Below are positions 26,099-39,977 of a stretch of 62,740 bases of DNA, one piece after another (position 1 is the stretch's first letter; every line of letters starts with the position of its first letter). This stretch comes from Tubiluchus corallicola (lineage: Eukaryota > Animalia > Priapulida), in the NCBI GenBank assembly GCA_030141605.1, contig JAQGDQ010000349.1, positions 187,997 to 250,736 on the forward strand, in the 5' to 3' direction. The position numbers were made by a program, and so were the translations under genes. The notes under the pieces are model-generated. The model saw only the letters and a program-made list of their open reading frames with translations, was not told where the DNA came from and made no database searches.

Positions 26099-26706
26099 AG
26101 GTACCAAGTAAAAACACCATTGTACACTTTAAGAAACTCGTCTTTAATAAATTTGATGAAGTGACTGAGCTTTAAAAATTGTTAAAAAGTTTGTCACTTT
26201 CATATTGCCCGCTCTTTTTAAGTAACTATTGCCTTAATTAACTGCCAATAACAATATTTTACAAACGCATTCAGATATCATTCTAAAATGTCTATACAAC
26301 TGAATTTGAGGTTTTGCATGAACTGCAGGAAAAAGACTTTTCTAACCGACTATGCATCATTTGTGATGTTAACGTAATAAGGCAAGTAATACAAGTCACA
26401 AAATTCAAGAATAAACTACATAGCAATTCAAACCATATCTAATATCTTGCCAGCATCAGGCAGCATCGCATGATTATTGTTGCTTGGAGGCAGGGAGACC
26501 TTTGAAATGAAATTAGAGCAAATTATGCAGGTATATATATATATATTATTAATATTATATGAATTGATATATATAAATTATTGATATTATATGAATTGAT
26601 TATTGCCTGCGTTAGTCATGGGACTGCTTATGATTTCCACTGCAGATGCTTATACTCCGATGAAAGATAATCCCATAAGTACTGAGATACATAAAACAAA
26701 AATAGA

Positions 26707-26992
<286 letters not shown>

Positions 26993-29053
26993 CATTCGAA
27001 GACGCAACAATTTTCTGCTCGTTTTCAATAATTTGGTTATATTCATGTTCGCCGATGAAAGATACTTGAAATGTAAGGATTTCTTTAAAAAATTGGAAAC
27101 CTCTTAGAAATGCGTAGTAGTTCAGATAAAACGTTTCTGATTTTTGCTGTTTTTTGTGCTTAGGCATTTACCATTTCCGGCAATATCAGTCTTCGAACGT
27201 TGGTTTTGTATGTCACAATTTTGCATTTTGCAGGCGTTTTGTCCTTTTCCACTTGTCGCTTTATTTTCGTTTCGTTTACTACAATTTCTGCTTTTCTCTG
27301 CGACCATTACCTGGGGGATAGTTTCACAGAATTGGCCGCGTTAGCTGACGTAAGTTTTCTTCCTTGTCAGTCAATTAGCTGCAACACTTAACTAACAGAA
27401 GGCGGACTTAGCAGGAAAGAAAATGGGATATCAGATTTTTATTTTTTAAAATCATCAAAAATCAATACTGTAAAAGGTGTAAACTGACAAAAAAGACGCG
27501 CGTCACCCCAAACAGGAATTGCACAAAATGAATTTTTACTGTTTAATAAACTAACTGTTCAATTTGAGAAATATTTAAAAATCTTTCTTAATACTAATAT
27601 TAATCAACTTGGTGAGTAGCTTTATACCTGCAGAAACGTTGTGACATTAGAAGAATAATTTGATATTCACAATGAGTAACACGATGTATTTAGTAATCTG
27701 ATGTTCAAACTGAATAATATGATACTCAAATTGAGTAGTTAGGTATTCAAATTATCGTGTAACACTATGTCTAAATAAAATAATTAAATGCTCAATCTAA
27801 GACCTACACAAATTATATAGCATTGTGTTCATTTTGAGCAATGCAGCTTCAATTCATTTTGAATTTATTATTAAACTCTTCACTTTGTCAAGATAGACTT
27901 TTGTTCTTTCGGCAACTTTATGCACATTTGTGAGGTTTGTACATAAGACTATTCAAGAAAAATACCTTGAATAGCGAAACTTCGAAGACTTGAGATTTGT
28001 GAGATTATTTGCGTAGGTAACATTGCCTTAAAAACGTTTCACAGGAACATGTTGCTAAATCCGCCATAGTTTCTGGATAACAGATGCTTGTGCCTCAGCG
28101 TTGTGTGTTTGTGTCATTCCATTAAAGAAAGCAGAAATTTCTCAATGAGTTGGAAGTGCTAGAAGAACGACATGAAAATCAATACCGATTCTACAATCTA
28201 TGCAGCCTCAATGTACGGTTCACACTACACAGTAACAAGCATTGGTGTTCATTTCAACTTTAGTTTGTTTACCTTCCGTACCGAGTACTAGTAGGCTTAT
28301 TGTGGTAGTAAAAACAAAAATGAACAAAAAGTAAAAAAGAGCCAAAGACAATGAGACCCCAAAAAAACAAAGTATTCATCGTAATAGTAACCAAATCATG
28401 CTTCAAATTCTGATGTTAGTATCTGTAAAGAAATTTGGCTATTTCGCCATCATCTGATGTCTAAAAGTGACACGGTTGTTAGACGATAACAATAATATTG
28501 AAAGAAGGGATTCTTCAAGATATTTTGGCAATGTATGTACTTTTCTCTACTGTACCACCATTACATTACAATCTAATAAATAAGACAGATTTAATCTGCA
28601 GTGAAAGAAACGTTTACTAGAGACAAAATCCCCTTACAAAGAAATATTGTGGCTCTAGCATATAGAATAAATAATAATTAATTCACACAAGTATTAAAAA
28701 TAGGTATCGCAACAATGTTACATATAGTGGTACTAATAACTCTTTACAGAATTGTTACTAGATTTCATTTAGACAATAAATGATTCCTAGTCTAAAAGGT
28801 TGATTCCAGAAAAGCTACAATAATCTTGCATAATTTGATATCTTGACCACTCATTATAAAGACAAATTTACCATTGTTATTTTGTCTGCAATGTGAAAAA
28901 ACTTAAATTACCTAAATTGTAACTGAATCATATTGATAATACTTGATAATTATTTCTTAATTTTTATAAAATATCATGATAATGCTATTCACGAAAATCT
29001 AGTTAGCACACTTCCAACAAGTTACATACATTTTGATTGCAGTGACTTTCTTA

Positions 29054-29390
29054 GGCTGTGTTACACAGAGAAAGATGTTAAGGATCAAGCCGTAGTCCAT
29101 AATCCGTAAGCCATAAGGTATCTTTCATATTCGCAATACGTAGAATAAAATTAATGGCCAAATTCATTTCGCAATAAGCCGCCTCAGGAACTGCTCAAAC
29201 GGCTTGTGAGGAGCCTACCGCGGATTATGGCTGACGGCTTACGCAGGCCAACCGCGGTAGGCGGAAGGCAAATGGATTATCTGTGTGACAGGGACAATTG
29301 GTTAACGTGCGTTAGTTTTTCATGAAGCGGCTTTTTCTCCTTATGGCTTACCACCTCACGTATTACGTCCAGTTCTATGTAGTACGGGCC
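29054..29390. mobile_element. Second PIF/Harbinger-type MITE family (degenerate)
   Basis: Ends GGCTGTGTTACACAGA ... TCTATGTAGTACGGGCC are imperfect TIRs with TTA on both flanks (29051-29053, 29391-29393). Subterminal inverted pair GTAAGCCATAAGG / CCTTATGGCTTAC. Confidence 0.55.
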
Positions 29391-29570
29391 TTAAAGTGGT
29401 CGCAATTTTTGAATTTAATTATTTTGTAAAGTAAACCAGATTGTCGAGTCAGTGATTACGCAAGAAAAATGAATCAACGTGAGGTTGATTTGATCTGCTG
29501 GTTAGTCCTTCCTGAAGTTCCTTGAGTACCTGCAGATAACTTCCGGGCAAACTGCAAAGCCGTGACATCA

Positions 29571-30340
29571 ATTTACTTATTTATTTATTTTATTTTATTC
29601 ACACCCAATAAATATAAAAGACGTTGGCAAAAACATACAAACACAATATTTACAAGAGTGTGGTGAAGTCACCAAGAGATTAACTGCTTACATGTGTCTA
29701 TTGTGTACAAGGAATTCATGCTAGTTAACTTTATTTAAGTGGTCTTAAAATAACTTAATATTTTGTGCAGTTACGAGTGGTGCACCATCAACATATGCAG
29801 GCAATGGGTTCCAAATCGGTACAACTCGATTTGAGAAAAATTAACCAAATGATATTTTAGCAGTTCAACGCACGAAAAGTTTCAGTAAAAAATTTGTCAA
29901 AATCAAGGCAGGTAGATAGACATCAAGAGACAGAAAACAGGGAATAGGCTGACATAGAGGACATAATATAAATTTTAGAAACGTCAGTGGCAAAGATCAT
30001 GATGGCGAGCCACAGGTCAACTGCTGACCGTAACAGTGTCATCAAGAATGATGTTACAGCCACATGTGAATGTTGCATTTTAGACACAAAAATTTGAAAG
30101 CAGGCACTGCTGTTTGTCATCATGCATTCGCAGCCATACTGATCGAATTTCTTGAACATTTGCAGAAATCGAAAGCTGTAAGCAGTTCACAAAACAGCTC
30201 TAGCTTAGCGCAACGATTTGCGAGAAAAGGTAAGCTTGCCACAAATTTAGTCAAGCTTTCTTTCATCAACGGCATTAAGGCGAAATAGATCAAACGACCT
30301 TTCAACTTGAAAAGGTTTTTGTCTTGATCGAGTATGTTCT
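29571..30340 (-). mobile_element. Decayed CR1-type LINE 3' fragment
   Basis: Minus strand near 29797-29841 encodes FFSNRVVPIWNPLPA, the characteristic CR1 ORF2 C-terminal motif. An AATAA-rich tail lies at 29571-29600. The upstream limit is uncertain. Confidence 0.65.
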
Positions 30341-30419
30341 CTTCAAACAAAGGAGAAAATTGATATTCTGTGGTTTTTCTTGTAACCGTTTTTAGAAGGT
30401 TGATAATAATAAAGAAAAA

Positions 30420-30662
30420 AGATGGTGATGCTGCGAATGAAAAAGCAGCACTGACAATTGATGATGATGATAATGAGAAAGAGAAGACGACAAAAGTACC
30501 AACGACCACAGTAATGGAGATGAGGGAATCTGAGATGATGATGGCGATGGCAATAACGTAGATGATAACGATGATAAAAACGACAGTAACGACAATGAGG
30601 ATGGCGATGACGATGACCATGACTATAATGACAGCAATGAGAGTGGTTGGACGATGACGATT
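30420..30662. repeat. Degenerate (GAT/GAC)n low-complexity tract
   Basis: Direct inspection. Confidence 0.8.
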
Positions 30663-31736
30663 GTGGCACTGGCAAGAGATGCGCTTACGCCTGGTTCAAC
30701 TTGGTTCTGCGTCAAATAAATGATGGAACAGCTTTGCATGAAGTTTGCCGAAGAGTGACTATAAGCTTAATATGAAATAATCAGAAGCAAAGTTGTTTGG
30801 ACTACATTACTGCTGTTACGACACAGTGTAAAAACAACTGCTTAGATCTAAATGTGATTTAGATCAATGTTGGCAATGTATCCGATTTTCAAAAACAAAA
30901 ACCGTAAAAAGTATTGTAATTGATGACATCTGTGAGAAGTGCTTCGCCATGGGGTCGGATAAGGCAGCTTTGGATTACGACCTTAACAAACTACAACATT
31001 ACACACTACATACAAAGCCTTTAGGTAAAATGGTAACCTAAATATGTATCGATGCTTTAGTTAAAACTTGTTTAAAACTACATATAATGTACTTAATTGG
31101 ACCTAAAAGACTCAAAGGAAAAGTAAAAACTCCTTCATATAAGTACAGGAATAACGCATTTCTACCTGCAGTTTTATTTTCATTTTAGCTGCATTTCCAT
31201 CTGCAGCTGCATATGAGTCTGTTTCTATATCTGTGTCTGCACCAAAACCTGTACCTGTACTAGTGACATTGCTCTACTTTTGGCTCTCTGCCAGATTACG
31301 GATTTTTAACGGTGATTACTTTTTTTCAAAATCACAGGCTTTACTTGCACATTTCCCAGCTGACAGCCTCAGTGTATTTGCTCACAGGTGCTAATTTCAC
31401 AACTTTTAGTTCCACTGGGATGCCATAACGCTGTGCGACATGCTTGACATATACGCCTTAATAACAAAGCATTTACCGTTTAGTGTAGGCAGCAATATGA
31501 CAGTAGCGTGAGTTACGTGGGAAGCCCTGTTAATTCACACGCTTGCTCTATTTGACGATAAGAATGTGTGTTAGAGAAGATTGCCACACACAAGGAAAAA
31601 ATGAAGCAAGAGAAATGAAGCAAAAGTAAGCAGTAAAAATAGTGAATACTGGTTGCGAGAAGAAGGGAAAGAAAAAGCCGGTGAATTAGAATGAAAAATC
31701 GTGACGAACAGCGGAAAGAGGAATGGAGAGAGCCAA

Positions 31737-31740
<4 letters not shown>

Positions 31741-31797
<57 letters not shown>
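31741..31797. repeat. (GA)n microsatellite
   Basis: Direct inspection. Confidence 0.98.
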
Positions 31798-31802
<5 letters not shown>

Positions 31803-34330
31803 TTAAGCTCTAACGAAGATCGTTTTTGCTTTACACCTTGTGGTCCTGTTGATATAGCAATGCACTAGGGAAATGAGCCAGCATGAAATATGGCTTTAGT
31901 GACATTGCAGTAACAGATTACTGCAGTAATTATGTGTATATTTGCACTGTAAATGCTAAGTCTCAAAGCACCTAGCATCTTAGTTAACTAAGATACCGAG
32001 ATGACAGGATTGCTACAAGTCTTTCCTACACGCTACGTCTCAATCCTGCTCCTTGACTGAAAACACCACAGAATAAACTGCCGCTAACTGGAATTCTGCT
32101 CCCGACAAAAATAATTCGGTTTTCTCCACAGCAGGGAAACAGAATTTTGTACTGATTAGGTCCCTGATTCAGAAACCCGAAATTATCCGAATTACAGTAG
32201 CTAGACTTTAGTGCTGGGTAAACCAGAATTCCCTTAAACAGCGCCAAAATTATCTTTGTCATTTTGGCTCCGTGAGTAAATAATTAAGTAGGCTGAAAAG
32301 TGAATGAATATGTGACTCAGTGAGTGGGTGAGTAGATTGATGCATGACTACGAACTAACCAAACAACAAACAACCAACTAACCAGCTAATTAGCCGGCTA
32401 GCCAACCAACCAGCTAACAATCCAACCAACCGCTCAAATCAGCCAATCAGCGACAACAAATCAGCCAACCGATTAACTAGCCAACCACTTAATTATAACT
32501 ATAACTAACTAATTAAATAGGTAAATAAGTGAGCAAGTAAATAAGCAAAAATAAGTAGTGCGATAGTAAGTTGGTAGGCAAATACAGGATGTAAACAGGT
32601 CGATAGCTAGGTAAGTTAACTAGACAAGCACGCATGCAGACAGACAAGCGGGTTGTTACGAAATTGAGCAAGTAAGAATTGTGAACTTCATGCGGCAAAT
32701 GTCAATCTTAAGCGTGGGCGAAAATTTGGAAATTTATCTACCATTGGAAACAATGCATTGTATTGGTTTAATGTTAAAAATCTTTAAAATGTCCGTGGTG
32801 TGTTTTCACAGTAACAGTAAGCGTCTCATTGTTTATCGTTTTCTGGCAAGTGTATAATCAGGCTGAAATGCACAAGCCAATTAAAATCGGCATCCTAGCG
32901 GTCATGAAGAAAATCAGTGCTTTTTGCTGCCTACGTTTATTAGTTTAATTATAGTAATAACGCACAATTCCTCCTTAAAGCTTTGTTTTATTACGCTCTG
33001 CTGCGCTTAATTAGTTGCGCCTGGACACAAGTTAATGTCGGCCTGCGATTCGCACAATTTCTTGGCTTGTGTTTACTACACAAACGCGACGTGTTGTAGT
33101 TTGCTAAACGAAAAATTTGGCATCTACTGCTGAAAAATTTTGACATTCACTTCTTGAATTAAGTTGTGATCAATTATGAGAGTAGTCAAGACATTTAAAT
33201 GCTCTAGTAAGGTAGACGGCGTAGAATTGTTAGGGGGTTTCAGATTTGAAAAAGTCGCACTCCGCCGATGCCATTAGTGCCATATAGTATATTAAAGTTT
33301 TATTTATTTTAAGTGGATTTACAACACAATATAGCCGTTAATAGTATTTCCACTATGTGCTGCTATTTCCGACCATTTCCAATGTTTTAATTGGTACCAC
33401 CTCAATATTTTCACCATAGTTACAAAAAGTTACAAAAATTCTATTATTTTTGGACGTATATTGATTTTTTTACCTTTTCACTGCAACCATTCTTGTTTTC
33501 AGTGGCTACTAGTCAGTTGCCTTGTTTTGGCAATCTTGTGTGAAAAGTTCAACACGTTTAAGCATTCTTGTTGACTGCCATAAAATTAAGATTGCCATGC
33601 AATGTTTGGTACACCTCACCATCATAAACTTGATATTGCCATAGATTGTTTTGCAGTAATCACCAAAGCACTGCGCAGCAGTATTAGACCTTGCTCTCAA
33701 ATTTGCCAGAGAAAACGAGTTTCGGAAAAATACAAATTAGTCAAGTGAATTTAAACCGCCTAATGTAATTCTGCCGCGCTTAAATCGTCTCTTAAAATGA
33801 TTCAAATTAGCATCTACTCAGTTTGTATCAGTCGGCTAATCTTGCCTAATCGTACGCTAACCATAAATCCTTACGAAACTGTTTAAACAGCTTTCATTAA
33901 AAACTGTTTCAAGCCTCAAGCGGCTCATCAATCCTCGGCGTGACCTTGAATCAAGGTCACCAAGACCCAGTTGCGCAGATGCCAAAATTGAGAAACTGCG
34001 CAGACTTCCGCTGATGAAGCGCCTGCAATTGCTAGGGCTATGATTGTGTAATCATTCTGTGATTTGTGCTTATGGCTAAATCGACTGTCATCTCTGTAAT
34101 ACGCAGCTAGCTGTAGCTATTTTTTACACATTTGCACTTTGCTGGCGCTAGCTAAAAGCACTACTGCACTGAACTGCCACCTGCTTAATGTAGAAGGCTA
34201 TAGTAAGACTGGAATCTAACTCATTATTAAGGACAACCTTCTAGCTCTTGCTGACGAAACAGCAGATGCATATACATCCTCCCTCGGAAAGGACATAACC
34301 GAAGTCAGTAAGGTAGATAGTATAGCTCAA

Positions 34331-34386
34331 TTTTCCAGGTCACCCATCCATTTACTAACCAGATTCAGTAGGTTTATCTTCGGTAG
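34331..34386 (-). mobile_element. 5S rRNA-derived (SINE3-like) fragment
   Basis: TTCCAGGTCACCCATCCATTTACTAACCAG...TTTATCTTCGG is the best-preserved match in the window to the reverse complement of the 5S C-box region. Confidence 0.55.
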
Positions 34387-34545
34387 CTAAGTTGTAGAGA
34401 CTACTCAGCTATTTACATCCCAATATTAACATTATTTTCATTTTTAACGCAGAAATTAATTGTTTTGTTATCAGTTAACTTGTTTTGTGATTAATTAGCT
34501 GATTGGCCAGCAGGTAAGTAAAAGTCTGATTTACTGGCAAACTAG

Positions 34546-34905
34546 CTGACTGACTGACTGACTGACTGACTGACTGACTGACTGACTGACTGACTGACTG
34601 ACTGACTAACTGACTGACTGACTGACTGACTGACTGACTGACTGACTGACTGACTGACTGACTGACTGACTGACTGACTGACTGACTGACTAGCTGATGA
34701 CTGACTGACTGACTAGCTGATGACTGACTGGCTGGCTGGTTTGTTGGTTAGGAGGCTGGCTAGATGGCTGACTAACTGGCTGAATAGTTGGCAGTCTGGC
34801 TGACTGACTGGACTGGCTGATTAACTGATTTTTTTTAGATTTAGGGGCTTATTTGAGGTTCAAATACAAAACAAACAATGACTACACAAAAGTTACAAAA
34901 GATAA

Positions 34906-34944
<39 letters not shown>

Positions 34945-34945
34945 A
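34546..34945. repeat. (GACT)n microsatellite followed by (AAAT)n
   Basis: Direct inspection. Confidence 0.95.
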
Positions 34946-35620
34946 AATAGCAAAATTTCACTGATAACGACTTGCCCAAGGAAGGACACCAAAAAACATA
35001 CATCTGCAAGGACTGACTCACTGACCGACCGTCCACCTGACTAAGAACCAACCAATAATCTAACAACTGATTTTATACAGAATTTCAGCACTTCAAGAGC
35101 AAAGATGTGATGTGTTTGCAAGCAAATGAATTCTGCCCTGCGCAACCTTAATACCGAAGTGAGCAACCTTCCTGCTGAGTTGACGGATAATCTAATAAGA
35201 TTCCGCTCGAATAAATCCAACTGCCAATTAGTGGTAAGAAATCTAGCCACGAGGCCTCTTTCAAGGCAGCCAGAGTCGTAACTTTGATTGCATTAAGTCT
35301 AATTTAACCCTATTCATTCTTGCTAATTTTTTCAGTCTGGGAGCGCCATGCACGATTCCTATTCTGCCAGTGTTCATGACGTCAAGTGAAATTTGTTTGC
35401 AGCCTTCTAACGTAGAGACGCGCGTAGAACAGGCCACCTGTGGGTCTAATAATGGCCGTAAAAACACTGCTCACTTCCCACCCTAAAAACCTTAATTAGC
35501 AAGATTAAAGGCAGCCAGAAGTTAAAATGCTGCAGAAATCTTTGATACAGTTCGACATATAAGTGGTGATCCAGCGCTAAACGCCAGGCTGCTATTAATG
35601 TTGAACGACAGACAGACACC

Positions 35621-35880
35621 GATTGACTGACTGAGTAACTGACTGATTGACTGACTAACTGACTGACTGACTGACTGACTGACTGACTGGCTGGCTGACT
35701 GACTGGCTGGCTGGCTGGCTGGCTGACTGACTGACTGACTGACTGACTGACTGACTGACTGACTGACTGACTGACTGACTGACTGACTGACTGACTGACT
35801 GACTGACTGACTGACTGACTGACTGACTGACTGACTGACTGACTGACTGACTGACCGCCTGCCTGAATGAATGAATGAAC
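35621..35880. repeat. (GACT)n/(GGCT)n microsatellite
   Basis: Direct inspection. Confidence 0.97.
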
Positions 35881-36147
35881 GTGGCAGGACCGAATCAAGA
35901 TAATTATTTAAGGTAAGACACAGATCTTGTAAAAATGTAATGTCTTAGCAGAAGCAGTTCTCTCGACAGTCACTCACCCATTTATCAACCAGACTGACTC
36001 TTGCTCAACTTCTATTGCTGAGCAAAAGCTTAGACCACTCAGCTAATCCTTACAACAACCAATTACACCCGAGTATTCCAATCAATCTGTTTAACATGCA
36101 CCGTAGTTATTGTTGCGCTCTCGTTGGGTTTATTTTGTCTCTCTCCT

Positions 36148-36186
<39 letters not shown>

Positions 36187-36599
36187 CTCAGTATCTAAGA
36201 GTAAATTCCCACTGATCAACTCTCATGCTCCTCCCTCAAGTAGAAATCTTCCAGCATCCCAGTGTGGACAGAAAAGCGGCTTGCCTGTCAGCACTCCAAC
36301 ATTTGAGAAACATGTTGACAGAAGCCAGTGACCCATCCATCTAAAGGCTTCTCTGGGTTCTCTCAGCATGGCATGTATAATACATAATTTAGAAAAGAGC
36401 AACATGAAAAGTTACTGCTGCGCTAAAACGCTCACATAGAGCGATAATGGCGTCATTAATCTCCTAATTAAATTCGGTAAATTAATAACAGAGAATTAAT
36501 GGGCCCTGAGTTGAAAAGTAGCGATTATATGCCTGAATTTGCAAGACAGTCCGCCGGTCGTTAGTTTGCTAACTTCTTAGTAAGGTATTTCATTCACTC

Positions 36600-36925
<326 letters not shown>

Positions 36926-37409
36926 GGTTCTTTCTCTCTTTCTTTCTTTTTTCTCTTTCTTCTTCTTTTTTTCTTTATTTTTTCTTCTTTGCTTATCTTG
37001 CTTTTCATTTGATAACTTCAGTTTGTTAACTCCAACTTGCATGCTTTTTTCATTCACTCATATTTTGTTCAGGGTTTTTTGCTTTTGCAATCATTTGATC
37101 AGTTGAGCATTCATGCATCATGGTGTTTGTTCAATTACTCTTGCATGGCATCACTTATCTGTCTATTTGTCTTTCTTTATTTGTTTATTTGTAGTTCGTT
37201 CCTTCATATTCATTCATTCATTTATTCATTCATTCATTGTTTCATCCGCTCATTCGTTATTCATTCATATGTTCTCGCTCGCTCGCTCGTTCGTTCATTC
37301 GTTCTTTTATTAGTTCATTCATCCACTGAAGTATTAAAAAGAATTTGTTAAATAAATTATTATTACTTCGATGTAGTATTAAATCATCCATTAACTCTCA
37401 AATTTAACC

Positions 37410-37437
37410 CTCTCTCTCTCTCTCTCTCTCTCTCAAA

Positions 37438-37518
<81 letters not shown>

Positions 37519-37537
37519 CTGTCTATCTGTCTCTCTA

Positions 37538-37573
<36 letters not shown>
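37410..37573. repeat. (CT)n/(CTGT)n microsatellite
   Basis: Direct inspection. Confidence 0.97.
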
Positions 37574-37574
<1 letters not shown>

Positions 37575-38799
37575 CGCACTGCATACGTTTCTCATATATT
37601 TAATCACAACAAACGCACATAATTGATTATTCAAACACTCGCACATCCAAGTGCCGTACCTTTGTCGGCGTATTCAAACGTTTACCTGATTAAATTCAGC
37701 AAGGTAGGATGGCAGCTGCCACTCTCCAGTAAACTCAAGTGTTCTGCAACCTATCTGATTTCTGTCGATATAATTGTGTAAGTGTCTAACACAGCTTCAC
37801 TTCGAATCCGTGTCAGTTCTAATCGGGCTTCTCGACAATCACAAATCCATTATCAGCCACGGGCAAGGTCACGTGACTAGGAAATGTGTCCTGACACGGT
37901 TGTAGTGAAAGTGAATAATTCAGGATATGGTAAAAGGGGAGTACGCAAGAAGGACAAAGGCAAAAAAAGAAAAATAAAGACAATACAGCTTGAAAAATTT
38001 ACAATCACAAAAGCAAAATTCGGCTTTCACCACCCCTGTATCCTACAGAGCCTGCTGTTCATGTTAAGTGGATGTGGCGGGACGAAAAACTAGGCAATTT
38101 TCATTACTAATTCTCTGAAATGAAATGTTGAAGTGACAGGGGTGTCTAGGCCCCCATTATCTAATGTCTGTACTTTACATAAACTCGTGATCTTGACAAC
38201 TAAGCTGTCTTCTCATCTCATTCTCATATTTATGATTTTTATCAATAGTCGAAACTCGGTTTAACACGTTTTTCCTTCAGCTTTACAAAATGAAATCACT
38301 TTCAATTGCCTATCTCGATCATTTCTGATGTTTTTACTACGAAATTATAGAACCGCTTACCAGACAATGAGGACACGTGTCCGGCATGCCATATTAGGAT
38401 TATTATATAGGAATATTAGGATACTAAATAAAGGGCAAATGTTGCAATAATAAAAAAGAAGAAGACGTGGAATTATTAAACAAACTTGTGAAATATCTCA
38501 CAACAAAAGTTTTGTGCATACAAGAGAGGCAGTGTTATACGTGCAATACACGTGTAAAAATCTTCGAAAGATGTGTGACGTTGCCAGAAGACGCGTTAAT
38601 TTTCTTAAAAAATTAGTCTATGACAATGCGGCAGATCAAGAACAGCAAAGAAGCAGCTTACCTGCCATTTACGAACCAATCATAAATTCAATAGCTTAAA
38701 ACTAATGAGGAAATGACCGAACCCGTAGATAGTAAATTTTTGAAAGGAAAATTTTCTTTAGCTGAAGAAAGAAAAATGTAGACGAGGCTGGATTTGAAC

Positions 38800-39326
38800 T
38801 ACTGACCTATGTAGGGCAATATTGTGAGTTGGGATTGTCCATTTGGAGGGCAAGGTGATAAACCTGAGTAAACAAGAAAAATATCTAGGCCATGTAATTA
38901 GTTGTCGTAATAGAAACGACCTTGATATAAAAAGGAAAAGAGGCATTTATTATGCCAGAGCATTAATGTTATTCCTGTCTTTAGGATTCCTAGTGCAAGA
39001 ACAATTGCTATTAACCATAATGTGTTGAATTTTGACGGTATAGGAAAAGTGTATATAGCCTATATAGCAGCGTCACTAACTGCACAGATATTATCTGTAA
39101 AAATTTTAAGGAATGAGATGAATATTTTACAGCTGATATTAGAGACATTTGGAGAAAAATATTCTATGTAGGCGATTTATAAATTATTTACCAAATTTAA
39201 GTGTATTTCATATTTTCTATTTGTAATATGTGTTGCATATATTGTATGTTGTAACGTTTTGCTTGAATTGCTTTTCACATGAACATGGCTTGAAATAAGG
39301 ATTTAAATCAAATCAGATCAAATCAT
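38800..39326 (+). mobile_element. Decayed L2/CR1-group LINE 3' fragment
   Basis: ORF 38843-39028 contains EKYLGHVISCRNRNDLDIKR..IYYARA, the same family motif as 9024-9660 and 19560-20375. It ends in an (AAATC)n-like tail at about 39305-39326. Confidence 0.7.
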
Positions 39327-39845
39327 TTGTCTCATCAAATTAGGTATGGAAGGCAGGTACACACTTGTAAACCGGGAAATTTTCCATAAATTTCTATAAC
39401 GAGTTTTTCGTCAACTATTCGGGACATGTAGCCTACACACGACTGTCGTTTCCAGAAGGAAAAAACATGCAAATATATTATTCGCGAGCATGCGCAGTAA
39501 ATTTTGTAAAAACGGAAAGCGCCCCAGCAAGATCTTGCGCATCAACCCAGCTTTGTTTTTCTATTACCGTCGATAAGGTACTTATCTCTCATTCCAGGCA
39601 AAGCTATTAAGCATCAATTGGATTTCCGTTTCCTTTGAGGAAGAATTTGGCTGCCTTTGATCCATTCCTAATGAGCTCAGAAAAAAATAGGATTTTCGGG
39701 ATTATACCTTCTCACATTGCTGGCAAAAAGAATGTTTGCCAAATGCCGACTCTCAAGCTCTCTTAAAATAACAAGGATCGGTGATTGTAGTTTTCTTGAT
39801 CGAGTTAACATAGCGTTAAAAAACACCCAAGGATGGTGCACTTAC

Positions 39846-39977
39846 ACTGGCTATGACAGGCGGTTTGTGCTATTTGCGCGAAGTTGATAATAAGCACGAG
39901 GCAAAAACACACTTTTTCAAACCTCCTCTTTCGTAAAACTCTCCGCCAGCCTCTGTTATTACGTTTACTGTTTGCAT
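39846..39977 (-). CDS. Internal coding exon (132 bp, phase 1-1) of an uncharacterised probable membrane protein
   Basis: Acceptor TTTTATGCGCTTTGCAG|AT and donor CCAGT|GTAAGT. Splicing to the upstream exon (G|AT = Asp) gives the open frame DANSKRNNRGWRRVLRKRRFEKVCFCLVLIINFAQIAQTACHSQ, a basic patch followed by a hydrophobic segment. Confidence 0.7.

Noticed and set aside
35041-35600. GC-richer stretch with short minus-strand ORFs, perhaps a decayed retroelement or exon
   Set aside because: Frames are interrupted and no diagnostic RT, endonuclease or transposase motif could be read.
36316-36357. ~40-bp match to 53170-53208 (ACAGAAGCCAGTGACC.ATCCA.CTAAAG.CTTCTCTGG)
   Set aside because: The similarity is real but too short to classify; most likely a fragment of a common dispersed repeat.
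37686-37750. Candidate third exon of the minus-strand gene (CCRTLEFTGEWQLPSYLAEFNQ, donor CAG|GTAAAC)
   Set aside because: The only phase-compatible AG (CAGATAG) has no polypyrimidine tract, and the better-looking TTGCAG would create an immediate TAA. Not supportable without RNA data.
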